DNA from: Eledone cirrhosa
Lineage: Eukaryota
Assembly: GCA_964016885.1 (NCBI GenBank)
Contig: OZ024740.1
Location: forward strand, 96,534,001 to 96,598,000
Direction of reading: 5' to 3'
DNA length: 64,000 bases
Below are positions 27,216 to 40,109 of this stretch, piece by piece (the first letter of the stretch is position 1; every line of letters begins with the position of its first letter). The notes beneath the pieces are model-generated. The model did not search any database. It was not told the origin of the DNA and saw only the letters and a program-made list of their open reading frames with translations. The position numbers and the translations under genes were made by a program.

Positions 27216-28731
27216 ATGTTCAACACGAATATTAACTTCACGATGGAATACAGCCATCAACAACTCCCCTTCCTTGACATCCTCATTAAGATCCATAACA
27301 AAAAAATAGAAACAGACATATACTACAAGCCCACAGACTCCAAGCAATATCTTCCTTTCAACTCTTGCCACCCTAGACACGTTAAAATTAATATTCCCTA
27401 CAACTTAGCCAAGAGAATCTGTACTATAGTCTCCAAAAAAAAAAAAAACCTGCTACTTACGGCTACAAGAGCTAAAGGACACCTCATAGGCATGGACTAC
27501 CCTGCATCACTAATTGAAAATGGAATCCAACGTGCCCTAAAACTCAGTACCCAGGACCTTAGACACCCTAAAGTAAATCAACCGAAACTAAAAGCTATTC
27601 CATACATCTACACACAGAACCCCTCAACATTGAGGCCTTTGACACCATTCTCCAGAACATCCCTGTGTTGAAAAAGGTCCATAGAATGAACCAAATCCTA
27701 CGAACACACGATATCATAAAGAGCAAAAGACAATCTAAGTCAATGAAAAACATCCTAACACATGCCAAAGTACTGCCAACCACAACAACGAAACACAGTA
27801 AAAAAATGCGATAGACCCAACTGTGGCATATGCATCAACCTAATAGAGGGTTCGGAATTCGATTTCAAAGAAGGACAACGTTTTATAGTGAAACACAATT
27901 TCACATGCACATCAGATAATCTAATATATGTATTAACTTGCTCAGGTTGTCGAGAACAATACATAGGATAGTCCAAAAACAGCCTCCGCCAACGCAACGT
28001 CCTTAGATCCCAAATTAAAATACGGGAATACAGGAAAATACCACTGAGTGAACACATTGATACCTGTGCCGCCCAAAATGATCCCAACTTCAGAATATTT
28101 CCCCTCTAAAAATGTAAGGATAATGCCACCCACACCCAGCGAATCAGCAAGGAATCTTACTTTATTAACAAATCGGACCCCCTTTAAACACTTCACCCTA
28201 AGACGACATACACACGTCAACATACATACCTACATCAGCATACATATCTATCCACATATAAACACAATGACATACGTAAACACACATGTTCTATGGTGCA
28301 ACACAAATATACACAAATGTGCATACCTTTTGATGTCTATAGATATAAACGTGCCGACACACACACATACATATACGCACACATGCATTGCACACTGATG
28401 GGCACACATATTTGTACACAAGTATTCCAATATGGCAAGGCCTAATGAATTCCCCTTGCAGTACGCACAATCTGGACACTCTCACACACACCTTGGTATT
28501 ATGCCAATACTATATTTCATTTCACACCTTTTATCATTAAGGTTTTTTATGCTCTATTGAGAGGATCGTTTTTACTGAAAATATCGAATAATGTACACCA
28601 TTTTACAAGTATCACAAAAATAAATACTGGTCCAGCCACACTCACACACACACACACCCACATTCTCACACACATACACACATATATACACACACATACA
28701 CACGCGTACATTAACATACAAAAAGACACAC

Positions 28732-28808
<77 letters not shown>

Positions 28809-28923
28809 CACTTCTCCGTATAAGACAAGAGCTGAAAAATATATTTTAACATGTTAAAATATCCCCCACACACCTACAGTCACATTCCTACTGACCAACC
28901 CTCTACCACGAATTACTCTGCTA

Positions 28924-28961
<38 letters not shown>

Positions 28962-29466
28962 TCTTAATAGGCATTTGAACTGTCAACAGGCTGCTGTCGC
29001 ACACACATCCCTGCTGACCATTATCACAACAACGAACCTCTTTACTACTACTACTACTACACACACATTCATTTTTGTTTTGAAAGACTTATTTTTCAGT
29101 TACTTCTCAATTAGCCGACACAAACCTACATTTGGCGCAAAATCAATTTTTAACATTCACATGACCTCTACCGACCAATCAAAATTGTTTTGACCACAAG
29201 AATTTTTGCAACACAAATTGGCGCGAAACATATTTTAATACCGCTGGAGCCACTTTTTTCACATAAAAACAGGTAGAATTTCCAAAACTAATCAGATTAG
29301 AGCAAACATCACGGACGCTCTATCTCAAAATTATTTTTGAAACGCATTAGAAATGCGCAACCGGTAGAGCTTAAAACCAATTCTATTACTAATTCTCGCT
29401 TATTCCTAATTAAACTATTTTTCACTGTGAACAATTTGGCAGCATTTTCTTTTCCGTTTACCAATA
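27216..29466 (+). mobile_element. 5'-truncated Penelope-like element (Neptune-type motifs)
   Basis: INFTME..LPFLDILI..TDIYYKPTDSKQYLPFNSCHPRH..NIPYNLAKRI, Cys linker CDRPNCGIC, TCTSDNLIYVLTCSGCREQYIG (GIY-YIG). The 3' end equals the hairpin family. Confidence 0.88.
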
Positions 29467-29704
29467 TATATATATATATATTTCGTTTCTGAATTTGTTT
29501 AGCAAGATTCTTTATCTGAAATCGTGTGTTGAAACCGATATTGTTATACTTTGGGAGGGTCATGTTGCCAATAAGAAACACACGCACCGTTGCTTTCACT
29601 TCAATTTATTATATATTTATAAATTTATAAATCTACAAATTTACAAAATTATAAATTTCTGTTTGGTTGGTTGGTTCCACAACCAGATAGTTGTTTATAT
29701 ATAT

Positions 29705-29749
29705 AGTCATAGTACTTTCGTCACACACTCTGTGACCTCTTCAGTGACT
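29705..29749 (-). ncRNA. Minimal type I hammerhead ribozyme
   Basis: AGUCA-CUGAAGA-G-GUCAC-agagugu-GUGAC-GAAA-GUAC-UA^UGACU; palindromic GUAC stem III. Confidence 0.82.
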
Positions 29750-29874
29750 GGGGATTCCTTTCTTCGTTTCTGTGCCTTTCCTTTCTTCTATCCTACGCCA
29801 TTTTGTTTCTGTGTGAAACAAAATGGCGTAGGATAGAAGAAAGGAAAGGCACAGAAACGAAGAAAGGAATCCCC

Positions 29875-29919
29875 AGTCACTGAAGAGGTCACAGAGTGTG
29901 TGACGAAAGGACTATGACT
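29875..29919 (+). ncRNA. Minimal type I hammerhead ribozyme (mirror copy)
   Basis: agtca ctgaaga g gtcac agagtgt gtgac gaaa ggac ta tgact. Confidence 0.78.
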
Positions 29920-30079
29920 ATATATATAAACAACTATCTGGTTGTGGAACCAACCAACCAACCAGAAATTTATAAGTTTGTAAATTTGTAGATTTATAAA
30001 TTTATAAATATATAATAAATTGAAGTGAAAGCAACTGGTGCGTGTGTTTCTTATTGGCAACATGACCCTCCCAAAGTAT

Positions 30080-30180
<101 letters not shown>

Positions 30181-30406
30181 CAAATATATAGTTTAATTAG
30201 AATCGAAGTGTGCGTGCCGGATTGTATGGTGGTGACCTGTCCATGTCCGTCTGTGGGTATTCTTATAACCTAAGTGTGTGATTCCAATTTGAGTTTCTAC
30301 AGTTAGTAACGAAACTATGAGTCACACTGTGAGATAATTAACCTCAACAACATATGTGGAATTTACTATTCTTTCGCTTCTAAACTGATTTATGTTTCTG
30401 GCTGTT

Positions 30407-30500
<94 letters not shown>

Positions 30501-30702
30501 CATGTGAGTTTAATCATATGAATGACTCACACATACATAAATATACTTATATAAACATTACATACTTGCAAATATATATATATATATATCATTCTCTCTA
30601 GGGTCAGACAGAATATTATTATTACTTTATATATGACTGTGTGTATATCTGCATGCACACACACTGACACACGCACACATATACAAACACGGACGGACAC
30701 AC

Positions 30703-30755
<53 letters not shown>

Positions 30756-30868
30756 GGTAAACATTGATGCAATTCAATTCAAGCACTCAACGTACTTTTT
30801 CCACATAGGAGTGACGGAGAAAATATCGAATAAGGAGAAGCGAATTTGTTTCAGATGTTCAAATCCTT

Positions 30869-30901
<33 letters not shown>

Positions 30902-31879
30902 GTGTGTGTATGTGTGCGTGTGTGGGTGTATGTGGGTGTGTGTGTGTATATATATATGTGTGTGTGTGTGTGTATTTTGTGTGTGTGTGTGTGTTTTGCT
31001 TCTGCGCATATATTTATATATGTATATATACATGTAATGTTTGAATTCCCATGTGTGTGTGTGCGCCTATATGTAAATAAGCAAATATGATAGAGAATAT
31101 ACTTTCATATCCAAATTAAATTATCTTCTGCTTTTCTGGCCGTGAATGTGCTACATATACATAAGAGATGGCTGAATATAATACATTACATTTATATGAC
31201 CCAGGCATCACCGAAATAATTAGCTGACTTTCTTAAACTGAACTGATTGCTCAACATGACCCGGGAGTTATAATTTCATTACAATACATCAGCAGAATGG
31301 AAAATAAGCAGATTTCATCGGCTTTTAACTAAGAATACTATTAATCTTGATATTATTGTAAGACGGTTAATGTTACTGTAAAATGTCTGAGATGTAAGTG
31401 TTGCCATGCTAGACTAAATATATTAAACATTATTAAGTTTATACCTGACAACGTTCTCAAATTTAAATTCTAGGCGTTTCAACATTGAAATATCTTTGCT
31501 AATTTTTGGTAGGTGTTACAAATACCAGTCATATATTATGATATATTTCATTATTTCAACACAACCACCATCATAAATAATTCTTGTATTTAATCAAAAA
31601 GACCTGCAACAGGTCTTACATCCTGGTTGACCAGAACTAAATCTTTCACACTGCTTTATATTTTGACAAGATGTTTAAGGGTGTTTATTCTGCAACATAC
31701 ACCAAAAAGCCATATGATGGTCTGAAAACAAATGACAGATTATTTATATGATAGTTTTAAAACTCCTGAACGATCCCACTAACCATATTCAAAACAGATT
31801 TAGCCCAATCAATTTAGTATTATAACGATTTATTTGAGATTTTATACTTGAAATTACATCGGCTGGAATGCACTGTATA

Positions 31880-31917
<38 letters not shown>

Positions 31918-31920
<3 letters not shown>

Positions 31921-32124
31921 AACGAGTAGGACCCCGACGGCTGAGCTCAAGCCGTTTGGACGGCTAATTCTGGACTAAAACCACCTTTGACCAGAATTAT
32001 CCGTCGAAACGACTTGAGCTCAGCCGTCGGGGTCCTACTCGTTCCTATTACCAACTCTACTACCCTAAGTATTGAGTACTTTGGTGAGTTATGGTCCATC
32101 TGTTCCCTTACAACATTTCCTTCG

Positions 32125-32127
<3 letters not shown>
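31918..32127 (+). mobile_element. Mini fold-back of the 32186-34086 family
   Basis: 31918-31978 is inverted against 31993-32048, followed by the family tail; lies between TA tracts. Confidence 0.8.
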
Positions 32128-32191
<64 letters not shown>

Positions 32192-32271
32192 ACGAAGGAA
32201 ATGTGGTAAGGAACCAGGTGGACCATAACGCACCAAAGTACTCAATACTTGTGGTAGTAGAGTGGGTAATA

Positions 32272-32383
32272 GGAACCAGTAAGACCCCGACAGCTGAGCT
32301 CAAGCCGTTTCGACGGCTAATTCTGGACTAAATGAAAATTTATCCTGGTATTTAAATAGCCGATCTTCTCAAGGGGTAATTCC
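32272..32383 (-). ncRNA. Type I hammerhead ribozyme, U3-A8 variant (mirror copy)
   Basis: Reverse complement of 33973-34084. Confidence 0.75.
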
Positions 32384-33972
32384 ATATATGGTCAAAGTGA
32401 TTGTCAAAAATCAGTAGTAATTCTGTGGTTGCAAATTAGTAGGGGAGATGGTGGCTAAACCTGCCAGTAGGAGAAAGAGGGGAGGGGTGGAGTAGACCCA
32501 ATCAAGCGCTGGTAGTGCCAGCTACAGCTGGGCATGAGGTCAAAGAAGATACAGGGGAGGGGTAGGGGAGGAAGTCGGAACGGTAGGTAGAACAATGGGG
32601 GGTAGAAATATAGGAAGGAAAAAAACTGAGAGTGAAGAAAAGCAAATAAGTGTAAAGAAAAAAGTAAAGTAAATTAAATTCTACGACCTAGGTGTCAGGC
32701 TATTGTTAGGCTAGAATAAAATAAAGAAAGAAAGAAAGAAAAAAGAAATAAATAAATAAAGAAATAACGAAATAAGTAAAAGAACTAGGTTGGACGGATT
32801 AGGCAAAGACCCTTTTAAGAGGTATAAGTACGTAAATGATACGGTGACGGGTCAACAAAAGGGGCCAAAATACTAAAGAGACTACCACGAAATAAACAAT
32901 AAAGGTTTCCATCCCGGGCCAGCAACGACCCAGTGCAGCAAAGTGAACTTGTACGAGATAATAATTCTAGGTCCCGAGAAAAATATATACTAATGCTAAC
33001 TCTAAAAGATCTAAAACAAGCTACATGAAAGTTCGTACGAAATAAAGGTAGAATACGGAGAAATAAATTCAGAATCCACCCCGCCCAGAAGAAAAGCGAA
33101 GCAAGAAATACTGAAACGAAAAAATAAGGCATAAGTCCCACTAAGAAATATAGTTATATATAGTTATATATAGAATATATACTATTCTCTGTGCCCTCTA
33201 TATTTCTTCGTGGCACTTATGCCTTATTTTTTTGTTTCAGTATTTCTTGCTTCGCTTTTCTTCTGGGCGGGGTGGATTCTGAATTTATTTCTCCGTATTC
33301 TACCTTTATTTCGTACGAACTATCATGTAGCTTGTTTTAGATCTTTTAGAGTTAGCATTAGTATATATTTTTCTCGGGACCTAGAATTATTATCTCGTAC
33401 AAGTTCACTTTGCTGCACTGGGTCGTTGCTGGCCCGGGATGGAAACCTTTATTGTTTATTTCGTGGTAGTCTCTTTAGTATTTTGGCCCCTTTTGTTGAC
33501 CCGTCACCGTATCATTTACGTACTTATACCTCTTAAAAGGGTCTTTGCCTATTTCGTCCCACCAGGTTCTTTTACTTATTTCGTTATTTCTTTATTTATT
33601 TATTTCTTTACTTCTTTCTTTCTTTCTTTATTTTATTCTAGCCTAACAATAGCCTGACACCTAGGTCGTAGAATTTAATTTACTTTACTTTTTTTCTTTA
33701 CACTTATTTGCTTTTCTTCACTCTCAGTATTTTTTCCTTCCTATATTTCTACCCCCCATTGTTCTACCTACCGTTCCGACTTCCTCCCCCTCCCCCTCCC
33801 CTGTATCTTCTTTGACCTCATGCCCAGCTGTAGCTGGCACTACCAACGCTTGATTGGGTCTACTCCACCCCCTCCCCTCTTTCTCCTACTGGCAGGTTTA
33901 GCCACCATCTCCCCTACTAATTTGCAACCACAGAATTACTACTGATTTTTGACAATCACTTTGACCATATAT

Positions 33973-34082
33973 GGAATTACCCCTTGAGAAGATCGGCTAT
34001 TTAAATACCAGGATAAATTTTCATTTAGTCCAGAATTAGCCGTCGAAACGGCTTGAGCTCAGCTGTCGGGGTCTTACTGGTT

Positions 34083-34084
<2 letters not shown>
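33973..34084 (+). ncRNA. Type I hammerhead ribozyme, U3-A8 variant
   Basis: Stem I ACCCC/GGGGU, core UUGAGAA, stem II GA(U)CGGCUA/UAGCCGUC, GAAA, stem III CGGCU..AGCUG, GUC^ at 34067. Confidence 0.75.
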
Positions 34085-34132
<48 letters not shown>

Positions 34133-34174
34133 GAAAATAAACCAAAGAAGCCTTCAATACATCAAAAGTCTTTA

Positions 34175-34217
34175 TTAGCCAACAATGTTTCGTCCTATTA
34201 AGGACTCATCAGGGCAA
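34175..34217 (-). ncRNA. Minimal type I hammerhead ribozyme in the inverted pLTR
   Basis: Reverse complement of 38752-38794. Confidence 0.82.
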
Positions 34218-34412
34218 GTAAAGCTATAAGAAGCACTATCGGCCAATACAACCCAAAAACTCAGAAGAACATGGAGTACACATACATTAAAGCATAGGAA
34301 AATTATCAAGTAAAAATTATCAAGTAAAAATTGCTAAGGAAGTGAATAACATTTTGAACCATATTACAAATATAGTACAATGCAAAAACTAAAACTAAAC
34401 ACAAGTGGTGAT

Positions 34413-36956
34413 ATTAATAGGAATAGGACTGACCCCAGGCATAGAACTCCTTTCAATAACTTTGGCTTCAAAACTTATAAGAGCCCACCACATAATGTTC
34501 TATTAGATAATTTTGAAAATGATTTACTTTCCCTTGTCAAAAATATTAAGTATAGGCCATATAATAGACATGGAAATTATAATAAGTTTGTCAGGTTCCA
34601 GTCTAGACTTAAAAATAGTGTTACGGATTTTAGAGCGAATACGTCTATTCTTGTCCCGGCTGATAAGACTAAGAATTTTTACTCTATGGATTACAGTGCT
34701 TACCGTAATTTTATTTATAAGGAGCTGCATAGAAATTATAAAAAGACTACGCAAGATAATTTGGATCATATCAATAATGATGATCTTAAGATAGTCTAGG
34801 ACCTTGGCCTTGATAAGTATACCCAGCCATATTACCCTAGGGAACCGAGATTCACTCTTAAGGATCATAAGGTAGACTTCATTAGTAATCCCTCTGTTAG
34901 ACTCATCTGTCCTTCTAAGTCTGATATAGCCATAATTAGTAAGAAAATCCTTGACCTTATTATACCAGCCGTTAGAGAGAAGGTTAATTTTAGTCTATGG
35001 GGGAACACTAAGGAGGTTATAGATTGGTTCTCTGGTATTAATAAACTTGAATCTAGTAGGTTTATTCAGTTTGATATTGATGCCTATTACACATCGATTT
35101 CACCTATCCTCCTTAATAAAGCCTTAATGATGGCCATGAGAGTATCTAGCCTTACACGATCACAGATTGATATTATACTAGCAGCCCGTAGAACTATCAT
35201 CAATTTCGAGGATACATTTTGGACCCATAAAAACACGCCCAACAATTTCGACGTTACAATGGGTTCGAGTGATTCGGCCCAGGTAACTGATCTTGCTGGG
35301 CTGTTCCTCCTAAATGAACTGTATGTTACATTTCCGCACCTTAAAGGTGGTCTTTATCGTGACGAACGATTGTTTGTGATTGACTCTAGCACCAATAACA
35401 TCGAGCATAATAAGAAGAAACTTTATAAGTTTTTTAAAAGCTTTAACCTTTCGATCACGATAGATAGAAATGATAGAGCGGTCAACTTTTTAGATGTGAC
35501 TTTGGATTTGCTCACTAATAGTTTTAAACCCTTCCATACGCCTAATGAAATACTCTCTTATGTTAGTCCCAATTCTAACCACCCCAAATCTATGATAAGC
35601 TCTATAATTAATGGTGTATCTAATAGAATTCTCACACTCTCTAAGGACATAGGAATAGATAATGCACATGCAGAGTACTATAATAATGCCCTAGCTAACT
35701 CCGGTTACTCTGGTAAAATACATTATAATAATAGTAACCTTAGAAAGTCTCCGCTTACATATAATAATAATAACATAATATCCCATAATATGGCCATGAA
35801 TGGGAGTAGAAAGCATAAGAATCGTAGAAATCATATAGGTGTATCCGAACCCATCCATAAGTTAAGCCACTGGATTCGTAATAGGGAATCTAATAGTTCT
35901 AGGGATCAAGTTGGGCGCTCTGAGCGCTCATTCAGTGGTAATGCTTTTGCAAAATCTAATTCTAATAGTGTTGTTTCTATTAGTAGCCCTAATACTATTG
36001 ATATGATTCCAGATAGCATTAGATATACTAAAGGTAGAAACAGAACGAGACTCAATGGGGTTTCGGCTGATTCTAATAATGTGGTTTTAACTAGTCCTCG
36101 TAGTAACCCAGATCTTAATAATGGGATATTAGATAACGGTAGAGTTGGTAAGGATAGAAATAGAAGGAGACTAAATACTTATTTTAACCCGCGATATGAT
36201 CAGGAAGTATTAACTAACATCCTTAGGTCTTTCTTTTCTATCTTAGAGAAAAATGTCCCTCCTATTAATAAATACCATGGTATTTTTTATAAAAATGTAA
36301 TTAAACTATCAATATCTACCATCCCTAATATTAGTTCTCATTTAGCTAGCACTAACAATGGGAAAATTAGGGACGGCTACTCCTCTCTGCGTAATGCTAG
36401 CCTGGATAGATCCATAAATGCCTTACCACCTGAGCAGACCTTATCTCATATTAACCCTACGAGTGATGCATCACTACTTCAGCCGATCAATAGCACCCGG
36501 AAGTGTAACGGTAGAGTGAGTGTTAACTGCCCTTTAAACGGTAGCTGCCTCTCTAGGAACATCGTTTATGCTTGTGTAGTTAAAACTAATTCCTCTAATA
36601 GCACATATATAGGCTCAACATCTAACACTTTTAAGACTAGGTTTAATTCTCATATCTCTAATTTTAAATATGTTAAGTTTAAGAATTCCACTTCTTTAGC
36701 ACACCATATCTGGGATCTTAAGGGGGCTAATATACCATATAGCCTTAATTGGCGAATAGTAGCACGCTCTAATAACCTATCAACACACACTAAATTCTGT
36801 AATCTCTGTATCCTTGAGACCCACTCAATAATTTTCTCTAGGGATCTCTTACTTAATAGAAAGTCTGAGATATTCTCTTCCTGCCCCCACGCCATTTCTA
36901 ATTCTTACTTTTATTATAAACCTAAAAGTTCTGGTAGTGTAAATTGTATCCATTAG
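34413..36956 (+). pseudogene. PLE RT + GIY-YIG polyprotein, 5'-truncated, one in-frame TAG
   Basis: ORFs 34380-34799 and 35127-36956 are in one frame with a single TAG at 34797. Motifs: ADKTKNFY, FTLKDHK, FDIDAYYTSI, MGSSDSAQ, LYRDE (catalytic YxDD altered), NFLDVTLDL, IVYAC..YIGSTSNTFKTRFNSH, CNLCILE. Confidence 0.92.
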
Positions 36957-38340
36957 CTGCCATAATCCCTGATTTTTTTTGTTTAGGTTCATTTTGTTTG
37001 CCACCATCATTATCATTATTATTATTGGTTTTTAACAGCTTTTCGATATAGCTTTCTTAGTCTTTTGGCTACCATACCATATCTATCTTCTTACATATTA
37101 TATTTTCCCTATTAACACCTTATGAGTTTATATCTGATTATATGTTTTATTTAATTTTATTTTATATCATTTTATTTTATTTTATTTATTTGGATTCTCA
37201 TTTAGATAATTAACCCCCACCCACCCCACACACACACTTGTCATTCGCCTCTTCAATTATACTATGATTATATTCAATTCCCTTTTATGCTCCTTTCTAT
37301 TGTATTATACAGTATATTGATTATGTTTTTATGCGCCTTCGTATCCTCCATACCTTTCTTGTTTCTGTCCCCATTGGCCTACCATAGTTCTATTTAAAGT
37401 CCGTTTATTAGATAACGTTATTCAACTGATAGTAGAATATTTCATTCTATTCTGTTTATTTTTATTGAGATATCTTAAATTTTGGAGATTTTGATTACTT
37501 AAACCATAGCTAATTTTGTATTGACTTATTATGTATTTTAAATACGTTCAATATTAATTAATTTAATACGGTTTTCTAGTCATTTATCCGGGTTTGATTC
37601 CTAATTTTTTTACTTAACTGCTTGTGACACCTAAGTAAATATATTTGTTTTTGTTTTTCGATTTCCGGTTGATTTTATTTATATTTTTTACTACCGTGCG
37701 TAGTTTCTGTCTGGCTGTTATTCACTTATTCACATATGTCTGTCTACCAACCATGTAATTATGTATAGTATACTATGTTTATTATTTGATATTGAAGTTG
37801 TTATACCATATCACTCTGTGTAATCGTACTATAGATCTTAAATATTTACCGATTATTCGATGTACCCTTATGTTAAATTTTGTAAATTCTGTAATATGTT
37901 TATATTTTTATATTTTCATAATTTTTGTAATGTTTAGATAATATTTATTTATACCAATTGTATAAAAACTTGACCTCCGCCTGTTTTCTTACAACGGTAT
38001 AGATATTTTTCCAGCACAATTTTTTCAACACAATTTAGTTCAGTATGATATTTTTTTCTCACCATGTGTGTAACTTTATATGATTTGTTAAGTTATATGC
38101 CAATATATTATAATATTGTTATTATAGTGTTATTGTAATATTTATATTGTTTGTGCAAATTGACAGGAGATTATAAATTATATAATGATAGTATATTATA
38201 TATTATATGTTCATTTTTACTCTTTCCTTTATCATTTTATACTGTAAATAATATATGTATTATATTTTTATTTTTATTTTTATTTGTATTTAAACTCTTA
38301 ATAAGTGTTAGTTTGTGTTTGTATTGATGGATATGTGTAT

Positions 38341-38438
<98 letters not shown>

Positions 38439-38751
38439 ACATATGCATATATATATATATATATGTATATTGGGCCTTTTAATATTGTTATTATTATCAT
38501 TATCAATTATATTATATTATATTATATTATATATAGTACTGTAATTCTCGCTTTATATCACCACTTGTGTTTAGTTTTAGTTTTTGCATTGTACTACATT
38601 TGTAATATAGTTCAAAATGTTATTCACTTTCTTAGCAATTTTTACTTCATAATTTTTACTTGATAATTTTCCTATGCTTTAATGTATGTATACTCCATAT
38701 TCTTCTGAGTTTTTGGCTTGTATTTGCCGATAGTGCTTCTTATAGCTTCAC

Positions 38752-38794
38752 TTGCCCTGATGAGTCCTTAATAGGACGAAACATTGTTGGCTAA
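38752..38794 (+). ncRNA. Minimal type I hammerhead ribozyme
   Basis: GCC-CUGAUGA-GUCCU-uaau-AGGAC-GAAAC-auu-GUU^GGC, followed by AATAAA. Confidence 0.85.
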
Positions 38795-38938
38795 TAAAGA
38801 CTGTTGATGTATTGAAGGGTTCTTTGGTTTTTTTTCATAATTCTTCGGCTCTGTTTAATTACATTGATCTATACCTTTACTGTCATTTCTATAATATGAA
38901 GAGGTTGTTTAACTCCAACACACTCTAGTATTTTAATT

Positions 38939-38986
<48 letters not shown>

Positions 38987-39001
38987 AGGGGAGGTATATA
39001 T

Positions 39002-39051
<50 letters not shown>

Positions 39052-39761
39052 CATATTCCTATAGAACCTTTGTTTTAGACACCTGTGCCACATTTTATAA
39101 GGCGCTTAACATCTTTCAAGCGTATTCATTCATTAACAAAATGAGTAGTTTATTAAATTCTGTTTATAATGATTTTCATCTGATACTAATTCCGGTTGCC
39201 AATCAGACATTCCTTTCAATCGTATAATTATACCTAACACATGTTGTAGAAGCTGGTCAATGAAGCAATATAAGTGTAGGTTGGCAATAACAAGACAACA
39301 TGATCACTAAATAGATTTCTATCTCATACCACTGGTGGAATATTTTAGGGTTGTTTTTCATTTCTGTACTCTTCATGGAGACTATAGAACTATAGATAGA
39401 ATCAATTTTATAAAGTAATTGAATTAACAAACAATATATATGTGTTTCTATCCTTGTGTGTAAGTTGCATTGTGTGTAGGTGTATTTGTTGATCCGAATA
39501 ATGGTGGTAAAATAACTAGTCTTCTACTCGAATAATTCCTGGAATATTTGTCTCGTAGTACTGCCCTCTAATTTCAATACCCACTTTCTCGTTGCATGAA
39601 GCATTGCGGACAACATACATTTGTGCAGTTAGGTTTTTATTTAGGCTAAATCTGGGGTTAGAAATGTTATCGATTCCGACAACATTAGTGTTTTCTCAAG
39701 CTTTTCGCCGCATCTTACCATGTGCAAAGGCATTCCTTAAGTTTATCTCACTCGCAATCAG

Positions 39762-39818
<57 letters not shown>

Positions 39819-40070
39819 CTCTCTCTCTCTATTTCCGTATCTGTCTCTCTATCTTTCTATCTCCCTCTCTCTATCTGTATATATAGTAATACTAATAAAT
39901 TTAAAGACTAAAATCCAAAGAGGGCTCGATCGGATAAATATATATCAAATATATAAGAACCGTATGGCAAATATTTATTAAAATAACAGATTAAAGTTTA
40001 AACAAAGAATCGCTGCTTTCGCCCTATATATATATATATATATATAATTATATACATATATATATATAAT

Positions 40071-40109
<39 letters not shown>

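Larger units (their letters stand above)
32186..34086 (-). mobile_element. 1.9-kb near-perfect palindrome, non-coding, ribozyme-bearing (probable PLE 3' UTR fold-back)
   Basis: ~32270-33150 is the reverse complement of ~33200-34086. A tail (32190-32269) is present only on the left; TA flanks. Confidence 0.85.
34129..38941 (+). mobile_element. Penelope-like element (Hydra-type motifs) with inverted 5' pLTR
   Basis: 34129-34413 is the reverse complement of ~38555-38840; RT-EN ORF; ~1.9-kb 3' UTR; ~100-nt tail; TA flanks. Confidence 0.93.

Noticed and set aside
32815-33536. Twin 108-aa hydrophobic ORFs on opposite strands
   Set aside because: The duplication is simply the palindrome, the hydrophobicity follows from T-rich UTR-like sequence, and the starts are not ATG.
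34380-34412. ATG at 34380 as the true PLE start
   Set aside because: It lies within the inverted pLTR (antisense UTR sequence), fused by chance in frame to the truncated ORF.
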